Shown one piece after another: positions 37,988 through 48,212 of a DNA stretch of 64,000 nucleotides. The position numbers and the translations under genes were made by a program. This DNA comes from Candidatus Uhrbacteria bacterium (lineage in GTDB: Bacteria; Patescibacteriota; Patescibacteriia; UBA9934; GWF2-40-263). Numbering within the stretch: position 1 is the first letter of the stretch; every line of letters starts with the position of its first letter. The stretch spans positions 13,650-77,649 of the forward strand of contig JACPHU010000009.1 in NCBI GenBank assembly GCA_016188495.1, written 5' to 3'. Below the pieces are notes generated by a model. That model saw only the letters and a program-made list of their open reading frames with translations, ran no database searches and was not told the origin of the DNA.

Positions 37988-38047
37988 AGGACCTTCGGAA
38001 TTTTGGATTCTGGAGAAGAGAACGTCGTTCTTTGGAGGGTAAAAAAC

Positions 38048-39256
38048 ATGAAAAGACCGGATGTGCGAGTGCAGCAGTTCGATCCGACCGATTTCGTGAT
38101 CAGGGCAAATACGGAGATGTTCATCACAAACAGACAAGATTGGATCTTTCGTTGGATTGAAACCAAAGAACAAAGTTTGCAGATGGCGGAGAAGCACCTT
38201 AAGGAGCTCGTCAATCTCCAAGCTCGTAGGTGTCCTACGTGGCATCGTGTTCTTGCGGGCATGATGGTCTATTATCCGCTCTTCAAATGGCGGAGAGCCT
38301 TTTGTGCCTGGTCTTTGAAGAAAGTGATCATTCCTTTCTTCTTGATCGTCACCTTCCCGCTTCGCTGGTCGTTTAACAGGCTGAAGGAGTGGTTAGACGA
38401 TAATACGGATCTGGTTGCGAAGGGGATTTCTCGTATTCCACAGATCCTGAAGCTTCTGTTGACTGGATCTGGACTGTTTGCTCTATTCTTTGGTCTCTGG
38501 GTGGCTCTCGATTATGGTTACTACAGAGACATAGCTAATGGCGCCAAGACGGTCGCAACGACCGTGGTTATTGAAGCGCCTCTTAAGGTAAAAGCGTCTG
38601 TGGTTGATTGGCATTTAGATCGAGTGCGTACCGAGCAACAGTTACGTTTGGAAAGACAGAAGATTATTGAAACTCATCGAAAGTGGGAACAGGAAAATCC
38701 AACCGAAGCTGCTCGTCTCAGAGCAGAGGAGGAGCGCAAACGTCTGGAAGAGTTGGAAAGAGAACGCGAAGCGACAGAACGCAAGTGGGAAGAACGGATG
38801 CTGGATATTCTTGGCTTTCTTAAGGCCATTGGAGCTCTCCTTCTTGGCGGTATTTGCCTCGTCTTAGCGACTACGGGTTTTCTTCTGGTCTTGTGGTTGC
38901 TGGCCAAGACGATCAAACCACTCCAGCGTTTCCTTAACGCTGTGTATGAAATCAGTTTGACTCTCATTGCACTGCTATTCATTGGTTTCGAGAAATACAC
39001 ACCCACCTTTTATCGGTGGACAGAACGTTCCATAGATTTTGTCTTCGTTGAATTCCCAGCTCTCGTTCGCAAAGGGTGGTCCTTGGTGAAATATGCGTGG
39101 GATTGGGCTTGGGGTAAGCTCTGTCCCGCCCTGAGCGTCCGTGGCGCGCAAGATATGTTGCAGGACGTTCAGGCGCAGCTGGCACAGCTGCGTGCTCAGA
39201 ACAATCCTCCGCAAACTTCCCCGGCGCCTGAAGTTGAAGAAGAGGGGGAGGAATAA
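38048..39256 (+). CDS. Hypothetical membrane protein with central coiled coil (orphan)
   Basis: GGAGG SD, several TMs, E/R-rich helix, own terminator. Confidence 0.8.
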   Translation: MKRPDVRVQQFDPTDFVIRANTEMFITNRQDWIFRWIETKEQSLQMAEKHLKELVNLQARRCPTWHRVLAGMMVYYPLFKWRRAFCAWSLKKVIIPFFLIVTFPLRWSFNRLKEWLDDNTDLVAKGISRIPQILKLLLTGSGLFALFFGLWVALDYGYYRDIANGAKTVATTVVIEAPLKVKASVVDWHLDRVRTEQQLRLERQKIIETHRKWEQENPTEAARLRAEEERKRLEELEREREATERKWEERMLDILGFLKAIGALLLGGICLVLATTGFLLVLWLLAKTIKPLQRFLNAVYEISLTLIALLFIGFEKYTPTFYRWTERSIDFVFVEFPALVRKGWSLVKYAWDWAWGKLCPALSVRGAQDMLQDVQAQLAQLRAQNNPPQTSPAPEVEEEGEE

Positions 39257-39643
39257 TCAACACGAACCGCTTTCTATCTATACAAAGAAGAAAGCGGTTT
39301 TTTATTGACATGGCTTAGATCTGACTTTTGAAGGCGCAGACCATGTCGTAGTGGAAGAGACATTCTCCCTGCAGACAAAGGGAGAGTCTCAGGAAACAAC
39401 AATCACTTATCCCTATTATCGATATGACCGAATCGTTGATGTCTGAGTCGATTTTTAGTCGGGGGACGGTTACTATGCCTTCGATCTTGTGAGCAGACAG
39501 TGGGACGAAAAGGAATAAGATATTTTCTTTTTTAATCAGATAGTCAGACGTGTTTAATCTGTCAATAAAATCACCGATGTGCTATCGGTGATTTTATTTT
39601 TTTAAGATTTAAAGATCATCGTTTGGTTATGAAATAAACATTC

Positions 39644-40765
39644 TCACGTTATCATTCCTTCCAGAATCGGAATGATTGTATCCTGACCTGAGCCTCGTAA
39701 TAAAATGGTTTTATCATGACGAATATTTTGTTCGAATGTCGGAAGATGTTTTTCAAAGTTCTTTAATGCGTGTTTTGTAAGACCAGGAGCAGATATGCCG
39801 AATCCGCCCTTTTGAATGACGGCCGCATTCATATGTTGTTCGTACGGCGCAATCGCAATGGCATAGACGGGGATTCCAAGATACATACATTCAGACAGCA
39901 GCGAATGACCGGCGGTAGCAATCATACCGTGACAGCGTGCGAGTAGAGGTAAAAATTGTTTGTCACCATGTGGATGGATATGCCAGTTGGATTGCCGTTG
40001 CTGTCTGAAGAATGTGACCTCTGACGCTTGTACAAAAAGATGCAGATCTGTTTTTTTAATGGATTGCAAGGCTTGTACGGTTTCTTTTTGTGATTGAATA
40101 AACTTGCGCGCGGCGGAAATGTAAACAAGAAGCGATGGATTGAGACTTTTTGATCGTGCAAGTTCGCGTACCTTTTGTTTGATGATGGAAGGAAAAATTT
40201 CTACATCGTCAACAGCCTGAGGGGATCGTGTGACATGAAAAAAAGAACAAGCGATGCGTTTTGCGGCATAGGGGAAAAACATGTGTAAGCGCGCAACCTC
40301 ATCTTGATAGCTTAACCCGTGTAGGATTTTTGGAAATTGGCCGATCAGATATTTGCTTTGTTGATCGATCGTTACAAGTGGGGATTGATACAGATAAGCG
40401 TATTGTGCGCTGAGTGGTTCATAATCTGTAATCACAAGATTCGGTTTGCCAATAAATTCCTCTGCGCGTTTCATGGCCATGAGATTTGTGCGCAAGTAGG
40501 TGCTCGACTGATTGATGGGTTCTTTTGCCGCTTTCCAAAAATCCAGACCTGTTTTGGATCCGGTGAGGAAGGGGATTTCAATGCGTTCCACATGCACAGA
40601 GGCACGGTGCCGAAATTGTTTGCGATAAAATTCCTCGCTTTGCCCATGCGCAAAAATGGTGACACGACCACAGGCGGCGAAATGTTCAACAAGCGGAAGT
40701 TGACGAAATGTGTGTCCATAGCCGATTCCAGAAATGCCAAAAAGAATGTGTGGAGTTTTTTTCAT
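39644..40765 (-). CDS. GT-B glycosyltransferase (MJ1255-like)
   Basis: ILFGISGIGYGH, VITDYEP, IATAGHSLLSECMYLGIP, EQHMNA. Confidence 0.85.
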   Translation of the reverse strand: MKKTPHILFGISGIGYGHTFRQLPLVEHFAACGRVTIFAHGQSEEFYRKQFRHRASVHVERIEIPFLTGSKTGLDFWKAAKEPINQSSTYLRTNLMAMKRAEEFIGKPNLVITDYEPLSAQYAYLYQSPLVTIDQQSKYLIGQFPKILHGLSYQDEVARLHMFFPYAAKRIACSFFHVTRSPQAVDDVEIFPSIIKQKVRELARSKSLNPSLLVYISAARKFIQSQKETVQALQSIKKTDLHLFVQASEVTFFRQQRQSNWHIHPHGDKQFLPLLARCHGMIATAGHSLLSECMYLGIPVYAIAIAPYEQHMNAAVIQKGGFGISAPGLTKHALKNFEKHLPTFEQNIRHDKTILLRGSGQDTIIPILEGMIT

Positions 40766-41649
40766 AATGTTGAAATGGTTTGCGAGAGATAGGCGAGGCT
40801 GCCTTCGACGCGCACAACAGGAAGTGTTTGGATGGAGTTCCAAAGCTGTGTAATGAGAAACGATTCAATCCCTGCAGGACGTTTATCTGTGAGAATATTT
40901 CCTGCGGTTCCAATCAGTACATCCGCGTTTACGAGATCGAGGAAGAATGGAAAGAGTCGATGAAGTGCGCTCATCGGTGATAGATGTTCTGTTGATTCGA
41001 CTCCATCGTTTAGGCGCACGAACACAATGGCTCGAACCGGAACGTGTGATCGTCTCGAATATTTTTCTTGTGTCATGATGAATGCCTTGCGATTGCCATA
41101 CGCTATTTCTTTGTTCGTGCCTGGGATTGTTTGTGCATGAAGCGTCATTGTTTGTGTGCCAGCAATGGCTTCCATCGAATGGAGGGATGTCCATTCGATA
41201 ATGGTTTTGTTTCCAGCGAAGAGGCGTTTTCCTTGTTGAATGAGTTCAAATGCAATGCGGGTTTTTCCTACTCCCGAATGACCTACAAGCAAAATAGCTC
41301 CTGCGTCATCCTCGACACATGCAGCATGCACAGAAAATAGATGACGATCGAGCCATGCGCGACGTGTGAGGCTATAGAGGAGGAAATACGTATCTGGAGA
41401 AACATGATTTGTCCATGTGTCGTGAAGCACGAAAGAGTACCGACCGGTTTCCTCGAGTGCCTGTGTTTTTCTTGTTTGACGATGGGTCAATACGATATCC
41501 GCAACCTGTGTCATAGGTGCTGAAGCACACTTAAGACCTGGAAGATACGCCTGCGCAAGGACAAGATCATCCGGGTGGAAAGATTCTAAAAAATCACTTT
41601 CGAGTTTGAGAGTGAGATCGCCGGGAAGAGAAAAGAAAAGGCTCGTCAT
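40762..41649 (-). CDS. HPr kinase-like P-loop protein
   Basis: VHAACVE...ILLVGHSGVGKT; overlaps the GT start. Confidence 0.65.
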   Translation of the reverse strand: MTSLFFSLPGDLTLKLESDFLESFHPDDLVLAQAYLPGLKCASAPMTQVADIVLTHRQTRKTQALEETGRYSFVLHDTWTNHVSPDTYFLLYSLTRRAWLDRHLFSVHAACVEDDAGAILLVGHSGVGKTRIAFELIQQGKRLFAGNKTIIEWTSLHSMEAIAGTQTMTLHAQTIPGTNKEIAYGNRKAFIMTQEKYSRRSHVPVRAIVFVRLNDGVESTEHLSPMSALHRLFPFFLDLVNADVLIGTAGNILTDKRPAGIESFLITQLWNSIQTLPVVRVEGSLAYLSQTISTL

Positions 41650-41702
41650 AGAACTTAATCTATAGGAATGTTACTCTTAGGCAGTCAGATCATCATATCA
41701 CT

Positions 41703-42899
41703 ATGAAACGAATTCTTCTCGTCAGTCCACCGTTTAGCGGCCACCTCAATGTGTTGAAGTTGCTTGCTTCTCAATATGCAGATGTCTATGATTTTTCGCT
41801 TGCTATTACGGGGTGGAAAAATATAGAACCGGATTTTTCTGGTTTTGATGGGGAAGTTGATCTTCTTGCCAAACAAGAATTAGACACAGCGGATCCAGCC
41901 ATGTGGACATTTTCGCGCATGAATGAACTGATTCCAGATTTACGCAACGTTGTGGACCGCATCCGTCCTGATTTGATCGTGTATGATTTCTTTTCTCTGG
42001 AGGGATATTGCGTTGGAAAAGAAAAGGGTATTACTGTTTGGTGTTCGATTCCTGCATTTCTTGGACCAAATGACAACCAGACATATCTTGAACACAAGTT
42101 TGCATTTTCAGAAAACCAAGAGGCTTGGAACCAATTGCAGCGCACGACAGATACGCTTCGCTCTTTGTCTCAAATCGAAATGATCTCAGATGGATTTCAT
42201 CTTCCGGGTGATGTGAATCTTGTATGGTCCTATGAATCCCTCATTCCAAAAAATTATCAAGAGGGCCGAGCAAATGCTCCGTATGTTTTTCTTGGAAGTT
42301 TGACGAAATCTTCGAATCTACGCATAGCCACAAAACGTCCGGTCGTTTATGTATCGTTTGGAACAGTGGTGATGGATAATCTTTGGAATCACCACAAAGA
42401 CATTCAAATGAATCTCCTGGCTTTTTTTCAAATGCTTGCAGAACTCTGGAGTGATGCGGAGTTCGATGTTGTGTGTGTGACACGTGGTAAACCAATTTTA
42501 CAACAAGCCCCCTCAAACTGGCGGCTTGTTGCCCATGCCAATCAATTAGAGGAACTTGCGTACGCAACCATTTTTGTGACACATGGTGGTTCCAATAGTT
42601 TTCATGAGTCGCTCGTGTCCGGTGTTCCAATGGTTGTCGTTCCTTTTTTTGGTGATCAAATTCTTGTCGCAAAACAGGTCGAAGCGCTTCAGATCGGAAC
42701 GTCGCTTGTGCAACAGGACAGTATTGATACAGGGAATGCGGGAACACAATTGAGCGCACACACGGCTGTACGCGTTGATCAGGCTGTTAAAAAAATTTTG
42801 GCCGATGTATCCGAATATAAACGTCACATCGAAATGACGGATTTACACGCGACATCGTTTCCGAAAGTCATTGAGGAATTTTTTCATCGGGAAATATAA
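41703..42899 (+). CDS. UDP-glycosyltransferase (GT1, macrolide/UGT-like)
   Basis: PFSGHLN, PDLIVYD, VYVSFGT, FVTHGGSNSFHESLVSGVPMVVVPFFGDQ (PSPG box). Confidence 0.9.
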   Translation: MKRILLVSPPFSGHLNVLKLLASQYADVYDFSLAITGWKNIEPDFSGFDGEVDLLAKQELDTADPAMWTFSRMNELIPDLRNVVDRIRPDLIVYDFFSLEGYCVGKEKGITVWCSIPAFLGPNDNQTYLEHKFAFSENQEAWNQLQRTTDTLRSLSQIEMISDGFHLPGDVNLVWSYESLIPKNYQEGRANAPYVFLGSLTKSSNLRIATKRPVVYVSFGTVVMDNLWNHHKDIQMNLLAFFQMLAELWSDAEFDVVCVTRGKPILQQAPSNWRLVAHANQLEELAYATIFVTHGGSNSFHESLVSGVPMVVVPFFGDQILVAKQVEALQIGTSLVQQDSIDTGNAGTQLSAHTAVRVDQAVKKILADVSEYKRHIEMTDLHATSFPKVIEEFFHREI

Positions 42900-42961
42900 T
42901 CGAGATATAAAAACACCCAGCGTTTGCTGGGTGTTTTTATTTTGGGAAAAAGAGAGGGTTT

Positions 42962-43825
42962 TTATGCAAGCAGTCCGAGTCCGACCATCCCGAGGGCTAC
43001 GGCAATGAGTATGAGAATGCGAGAAGGAGGAGTCTGTTTGCTTTTGAATAATGGACTGAATAACAATACGATGAGTGGTTGTAGGCCGCTGACGGTGCTC
43101 ACGAGTCCGGCGGATCCCAATCGAATAGCTCCCATCCGCAGGAGGCTGGCCGTAAGATCAAGAAGTTCATTCAGTACAAAGCGTTTGCGTAGGCGAGTAT
43201 TTTTTAGGGCCATTGTAATTTGACGGCGCGCAGGTGGGACAGCAAGAAGAAGTGTTATTGTGGCGATAAGGACACCAACAGACACCCAGGCAATCCCATC
43301 AAGAATAGAGGTGTGTCTGAAAATGTATTCTAAGAGAGTAAATTCAATAGCCGTTGTAAGCGAGGCGAGCAGCATCCATCCTACGGCAACAGCCGGGATG
43401 TGGTGTGAGCCGGTGGGTTGGTAGCTCGTCAAAAATGAACTTGCAATGAGGAAGATCATGGCGATGTATTCCTTGACAGCGAGTTGTTCACCCAGGAAGA
43501 GCCAGGTAGAAAAGACAACAAGAACGGGTGCGAGATTCCATAGCAGGATGACGTTTGCCGTATGTGTTTTTTCGAGAGCTTTGTAGTACGGCCAATAGAC
43601 GAACAATCCGACGGCTCCACCAAGCAGAGCAGCGACGACAATAGGGGGTGAGGGTGCGGCAATGTTGAGGAGGGGAATGAGTAACACAGGAATCGAGCCA
43701 AATAGGCCTGTGACAAACGTGAGGACATTTGGATCTTGTCGCTGACGTTCGAGGAGATCTGAATCGATAAGGTTGGTGAACCCCCAGAGAGTCGTTGCAA
43801 CGAGTGTGAGTAGAAGCCATGTCAT
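42962..43825 (-). CDS. EamA/DMT family transporter
   Basis: About 10 TMs; LWGFTNLID, YYKAL, LAPVLV...FLGEQL. Confidence 0.85.
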   Translation of the reverse strand: MTWLLLTLVATTLWGFTNLIDSDLLERQRQDPNVLTFVTGLFGSIPVLLIPLLNIAAPSPPIVVAALLGGAVGLFVYWPYYKALEKTHTANVILLWNLAPVLVVFSTWLFLGEQLAVKEYIAMIFLIASSFLTSYQPTGSHHIPAVAVGWMLLASLTTAIEFTLLEYIFRHTSILDGIAWVSVGVLIATITLLLAVPPARRQITMALKNTRLRKRFVLNELLDLTASLLRMGAIRLGSAGLVSTVSGLQPLIVLLFSPLFKSKQTPPSRILILIAVALGMVGLGLLA

Positions 43826-43840
43826 AGTTCATACATGATA

Positions 43841-43874
43841 ACAAAAATTACCTAGAGTTCTAGGTGATTTTTGT
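43841..43874 (-). terminator. Displaced original tRNA-Glu terminator at the distal island boundary
   Basis: On the minus strand TCACCA is followed directly by CAAAAATCACCTAG-AACT-CTAGGTAATTTTTG, the same layout as after the other two tRNAs. Confidence 0.7.
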
Positions 43875-44254
43875 GGTGAGCCCAAGGAAGGCTGTCATGA
43901 ACTACCTCGAACGAGCACGCGAGCTCATGCCAGTTATGATGGGATGGAATCGCGACGTTGCAGGGTTTTTGGAGCGTCCTCGTGGCATCCAGAGCCTTGT
44001 GGTGACGTACTAATGCGACGTATTATTGGAGGCATCAATCAAAACATAAACCTATGGGAACAGAACGAAAAGACGCCTTGATCAATGTGGTGCAACATCT
44101 GCCCGCAGCAGCGCAACGTCCAGCCGATAAACCAGCAGGGACGGTCGTTACGAGTAGTGGCGAGCGTGTCACATTGGGCGAGAAGCCGAGTCACAACACC
44201 GCCATACTCTCTACTCAACAGCGCATGAACACAAAGAAGCAGGGATAATGAGAT

Positions 44255-44677
44255 ATGCAAAGCCACTTTGTGATAGACCCATCCGTAAAAGATCAATTTG
44301 TAGAACTCCGAGCGCAAGGCATGAGCTTTGCGTCGATTTCGTCGCGCCTTAACGTCTCGAAAGGTACGCTCGTCGCGTGGAGCAAGGAGTTGAAGGACGA
44401 ACTCGGTAACATGCGACAAATCCAGCTTGAAGCCATACGTGAGAAGTTCCGCATGGGCTCGCAGCGTCGCATGGAGCTATTCGTCAAGCAGTTGGATGCC
44501 GTGGAAGGTGAACTGGCCACTCGCACCCTCGACATCGTCTCAACGGAAAAACTATTCGATATGCTTGTGAAGCTCGGCCATGAGCTTAACGCGACCGATG
44601 CACCGCTTACGTTCAAGGAACAATCAAAGGAGTTCGTTCTCGACGACATCGCGTGCATGTCTGTTTGGGAAGCATAG
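44255..44677 (+). CDS. HTH DNA-binding protein
   Basis: FVELRAQGMSFASISSRLNVSKGTLVAWSK helix-turn-helix. Confidence 0.8.
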   Translation: MQSHFVIDPSVKDQFVELRAQGMSFASISSRLNVSKGTLVAWSKELKDELGNMRQIQLEAIREKFRMGSQRRMELFVKQLDAVEGELATRTLDIVSTEKLFDMLVKLGHELNATDAPLTFKEQSKEFVLDDIACMSVWEA

Positions 44678-44827
44678 AAAAATTTGAACATTCCTGTACG
44701 AAAAATGACCGTCCTCGCGGCGGTTGTTTTGATATTTTGAAACGTTCATCAGATGCCAGTAAATAAAAAGAGCGCATCCGACGAGACGTAAGCCGAGTGG
44801 CTCTTGCCCCGCGCGGATGCGCGAGTG

Positions 44828-45430
44828 TCACTTGAGGTGGATCAACTCCATACCGCTCGCTTCCATGTCCGAGTCGTCGGTATGAGTGTCTCCACCCTCG
44901 ACGAGCACAGAGGAATAGTACCCATCGCCACGCCCATACGAGTCGATGAACAGCTTGTGGCCGTTCTCGAACTCGATGACGAGTGCCACGCCGTTCTGCG
45001 TCATGGCAACCACATGGCCGTTGCCAGCGAGTGCGAGTTGCTTGGACAAGAAGGCGGAGACGGCCTCCGCGTGCTGTCGTGCGGCCTCTTCGTGCCTTCG
45101 TTTCTCCTCGTCCTTCCGCCATTGCTCGTTCTTGGCCTTCGCACTCGCATTGGTCAGGGTCATGTGGACACCGACCTTCTCGACCTCGTGCCACCCGCCG
45201 CCTTCGATCTTCTTCCGCTGCTGTTTGACCATGCGCGGCCGCTTGACGATGATTTCCTCGACCTCAGGACTCCCGTGCTGGATGCTGCGGTTCTTCCCGT
45301 CCATGATGAGTCGAGACACGTCTCCACCGTCTGATGCAAGGACGAGCTCCTCGCCCTCAACGCAAGCCGAGGAGACCATCTGCCGCCCAAGAACCCATCC
45401 GCCCTTCCCGATTTCCGCAATCAACTCCTG
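44828..45430 (-). CDS. Hypothetical protein
   Basis: GAGGAG SD before MMDIQELIAE; GDGYYSS motif; GC-rich codon pattern. Confidence 0.65.
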   Translation of the reverse strand, partial: QELIAEIGKGGWVLGRQMVSSACVEGEELVLASDGGDVSRLIMDGKNRSIQHGSPEVEEIIVKRPRMVKQQRKKIEGGGWHEVEKVGVHMTLTNASAKAKNEQWRKDEEKRRHEEAARQHAEAVSAFLSKQLALAGNGHVVAMTQNGVALVIEFENGHKLFIDSYGRGDGYYSSVLVEGGDTHTDDSDMEASGMELIHLK

Positions 45431-45570
45431 AATGTCCATGATGACTCCTCGGTATATGTGTGAGAGGTGGTATGCCTGCAAGTGAAAGAAACGACTGAAA
45501 AATATACCACAAAACAGCCTTTTGTCAATGGCCGCATGGTCGTTTTTGTGATAAAATGGCCTAAAATCCT

Positions 45571-47286
45571 ATGGAACAGCCAAATACAGACATACAACGC
45601 GTTGCAGAGCTCGTAGCACGCCTCCAAGCCCGTTTTGGTGCTCAAGGCGTCGCGGATGCTGCGGGTAAGGGTGAGTCCCTTCGATACGTCATGTATGTCC
45701 GTAAGAGCACGGATACGGCCGACAAGCAGCAGCGCACCATCGGCGACCAAATCGCCTCGTGCAAGGAATACGCCGACCGCTTCGGGTTGCGTTGGACAGA
45801 GCTCATCCATGAGGAGGAGTCCGCCATGGTCTCCGATGGTCGTCCAAAGTTTCGAGCCATGCTAAACGCCATCAAGGCGGGCACGTTCGATGCCATCCTT
45901 GCATGGGCTCCAGACCGCCTTTCGCGCAACATGAAGGAAGCGGGCGAGATTATCGACATGCTCGACCGAGGCGACATCAAAGACCTCAAGTTCGCCAACG
46001 GGTTCGTATTCGCCAATGAACCGTCGGGCAAGATACTACTCGGTATCACGTTTGTCATGGCCAAGCAGTACAGCGACCAACACTCCCAAAACGTCAGGAA
46101 CGCGATTCATCGAAAGACCGCCGAAGGTAAGTGGGCAGGGGGCCGCGTTAAGCACGGCTACTACCGAAGCACCGCGCATTACCTTCTTCCCGACGGCGAG
46201 AACCATGAGCTCATCAAGGACGTCTTCCGCCTTCGTCTTGAAGGCACGCCGCAGAAGGACATCGCGGCATACCTCATCGAACGCGGCTATCCCGTCCAGA
46301 CGCCGCATACTAAGCATCGCAAGCTCGTCATCGACGACAAGTTCGTCTCGGATATCCTTCACGACGCGTTCTATGTCGGCGCCATGAAGTTCAGTAAACA
46401 ATTCGTCAACCTATTCGACAAGTACGACTTCGTGCCAGCAGTCTCGATCGACGACTTCGAGCGACTCTACAAGAGCGAGGGCGAGAAAATGGGAATCGAC
46501 CTCAAGAAAATTCTCAATCCGCGTGTACAGATCAAGGCCGCGCTCATGCAACAATTTGTTACATGCGGACGATGCGGAAAGTTCATGTCAACGGGCATTA
46601 CCAAGGGCAAATACTATTTTCGTTGTGATTCACCCAAGGCCGTCTTCCCGATGCATGGCAAGTCTACTCGTGCGAAAGTGGTACTCGACGCCTTATACGA
46701 GTTTCTGGAACATCATCCGCTCATCACCAATGCGGGCTACAAGCATTACGTCGCCGAGATGCAGCACATCCTGTCCGAGCAAAGCAAGGAAGCGGAACGG
46801 GAGTTAAAGTCGCTCGTCGCGCAACGTCAGCACGCCGAGGAGCGCATGGAGGACATGAAGGAACTTGCGCGAGGAGCAAAGGGTGACAAGGTGCTTGTGA
46901 AGGAATATCAGGCCGACATGAAGGCGAGCCTTGCAAAGGCAAAGGAACTGTCGGCACAAATTACGAAGCTCAAGATTGAACACCTCAACCCAAAGGAAGC
47001 AATCGCTACATTTGAAGAGTTCCATGAACTGTTTGCAAATCTTGCTCAACTCATACAAAAAATAGACAGCATGGCGGATTTGGATAGTATCATCAAAAAA
47101 ATCTTCATGAACGTCACGGTCACCGACCAAAAAGTCACTCAAATAACACAAAACTCCCCTTTCAGGGAGCTGTGTGTGGACGCCGATTCGGCGATGGTGA
47201 CCCTTCGGAGACTTCCTTGGAACCAATTTATGGAAGAGTTGAGGATGTGGATGCAGTTTCAGGAAATGTGTTTGGCTGAAATGTAA
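45571..47286 (+). CDS. Large serine recombinase A
   Basis: YVRKST catalytic motif, DRLSRN, recombinase domain, CGRCG...YFRC Zn ribbon, coiled coil. Confidence 0.93.
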   Translation: MEQPNTDIQRVAELVARLQARFGAQGVADAAGKGESLRYVMYVRKSTDTADKQQRTIGDQIASCKEYADRFGLRWTELIHEEESAMVSDGRPKFRAMLNAIKAGTFDAILAWAPDRLSRNMKEAGEIIDMLDRGDIKDLKFANGFVFANEPSGKILLGITFVMAKQYSDQHSQNVRNAIHRKTAEGKWAGGRVKHGYYRSTAHYLLPDGENHELIKDVFRLRLEGTPQKDIAAYLIERGYPVQTPHTKHRKLVIDDKFVSDILHDAFYVGAMKFSKQFVNLFDKYDFVPAVSIDDFERLYKSEGEKMGIDLKKILNPRVQIKAALMQQFVTCGRCGKFMSTGITKGKYYFRCDSPKAVFPMHGKSTRAKVVLDALYEFLEHHPLITNAGYKHYVAEMQHILSEQSKEAERELKSLVAQRQHAEERMEDMKELARGAKGDKVLVKEYQADMKASLAKAKELSAQITKLKIEHLNPKEAIATFEEFHELFANLAQLIQKIDSMADLDSIIKKIFMNVTVTDQKVTQITQNSPFRELCVDADSAMVTLRRLPWNQFMEELRMWMQFQEMCLAEM

Positions 47287-47436
47287 CTAATCGTGGAATT
47301 ACTGTTTGATTGTGGAGATGGCAAATTTGAGACAATTCCAATAATTGCCCCAATTCCCAACAAACTCCAAATGATTATTTTTCGACGTATAAAATCTAAG
47401 CTTGTTTTCCAATAATCTTGCCATAAGATCGTTGTT

Positions 47437-47991
47437 TTATTTGTTCTTTTCAAGAAATAAATTTCCAGTAAGAATATAAACCAAAATTATTTTTAAACTT
47501 AATCCTAAAAGGATCAACAATATTGAAAAACCAACGAGAAAAGAGATATCGTAGAACAAAATATATTGATTGATAACCATTTTTTCTTGTGTGTGTTCAC
47601 GTATAGACCAATATCCTGAGCAATTAGTCCCAAAGATTGAGCATTCAGTGATAGGGCCATCTTTAGAACTAATTTCAGAAACAAACTTAGAAAATTCTTT
47701 TGGACATTTTTCTTCAAACCAACTTCGATAAAGACTAATTTTGTTGGTAATACTTGGTTGATTAAAACTTTCAAAAATAAAACTTTCATTTTCCTTTATT
47801 TCATTTGGAATATCCTTCTCACTCAAAACACAACCTTCTTGAGCTGGAGATTTTAATGTAATTGCTTGATATCTATACTCATTATCGAATAACTTAAGAG
47901 AAGACAAAACTAATAGAAGCGATAATCCAAGATAAAAAATTTTTAATAATCGAAACCATGGTGAACTAAAAAATCCTTTTGTTGTTTCCAT
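47437..47991 (-). CDS. Hypothetical membrane protein (2 TMs)
   Basis: AT-rich ORF, SPWFRLLKIFY...C-terminal TM; start uncertain. Confidence 0.65.
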   Translation of the reverse strand: METTKGFFSSPWFRLLKIFYLGLSLLLVLSSLKLFDNEYRYQAITLKSPAQEGCVLSEKDIPNEIKENESFIFESFNQPSITNKISLYRSWFEEKCPKEFSKFVSEISSKDGPITECSIFGTNCSGYWSIREHTQEKMVINQYILFYDISFLVGFSILLILLGLSLKIILVYILTGNLFLEKNK

Positions 47992-48034
47992 ATTTTCATT
48001 GTATTGACCCAGATGGAATCTTTGAGAGATCACT

Positions 48035-48210
48035 ATGCCACCTTATGCACCAGATCATAATCCGATTGAACATGTTTGGAATACAGCGAAAGGGGAAACA
48101 ACAAACATTCAACAGGAAAACTTTGAAGCAATGAAAATAACTTTTCATAATTTTATTGATGGACGAAATTTCAATTATGCAATTTAACAGTTTGTTTTGG
48201 GATGGCTATA
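48035..48210 (+). pseudogene. IS630-family transposase C-terminal remnant with right end
   Basis: PPYAPDHNPIEHVWN matches the LPPYSPELNPIE-type motif; ends in ...GGATGGCTATA. Confidence 0.75.
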
Positions 48211-48212
48211 AA

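Larger units (their letters stand above)
43874..47203. mobile_element. Integrated element A (~3.3 kb, serine recombinase)
   Basis: Bounded by TGGTGA cores at 43874 and 47195; visibly GC-richer than the flanks; recombinase at the right end. Confidence 0.8.

Noticed and set aside
39305-39520. Possible ncRNA or small gene after a TTGACA
   Set aside because: Only short broken frames and one hairpin; most likely a gene remnant, not supportable
44613-45810. Multiple overlapping ORFs in element A
   Set aside because: Expected from high GC; only the minus-strand ORF with an SD was kept
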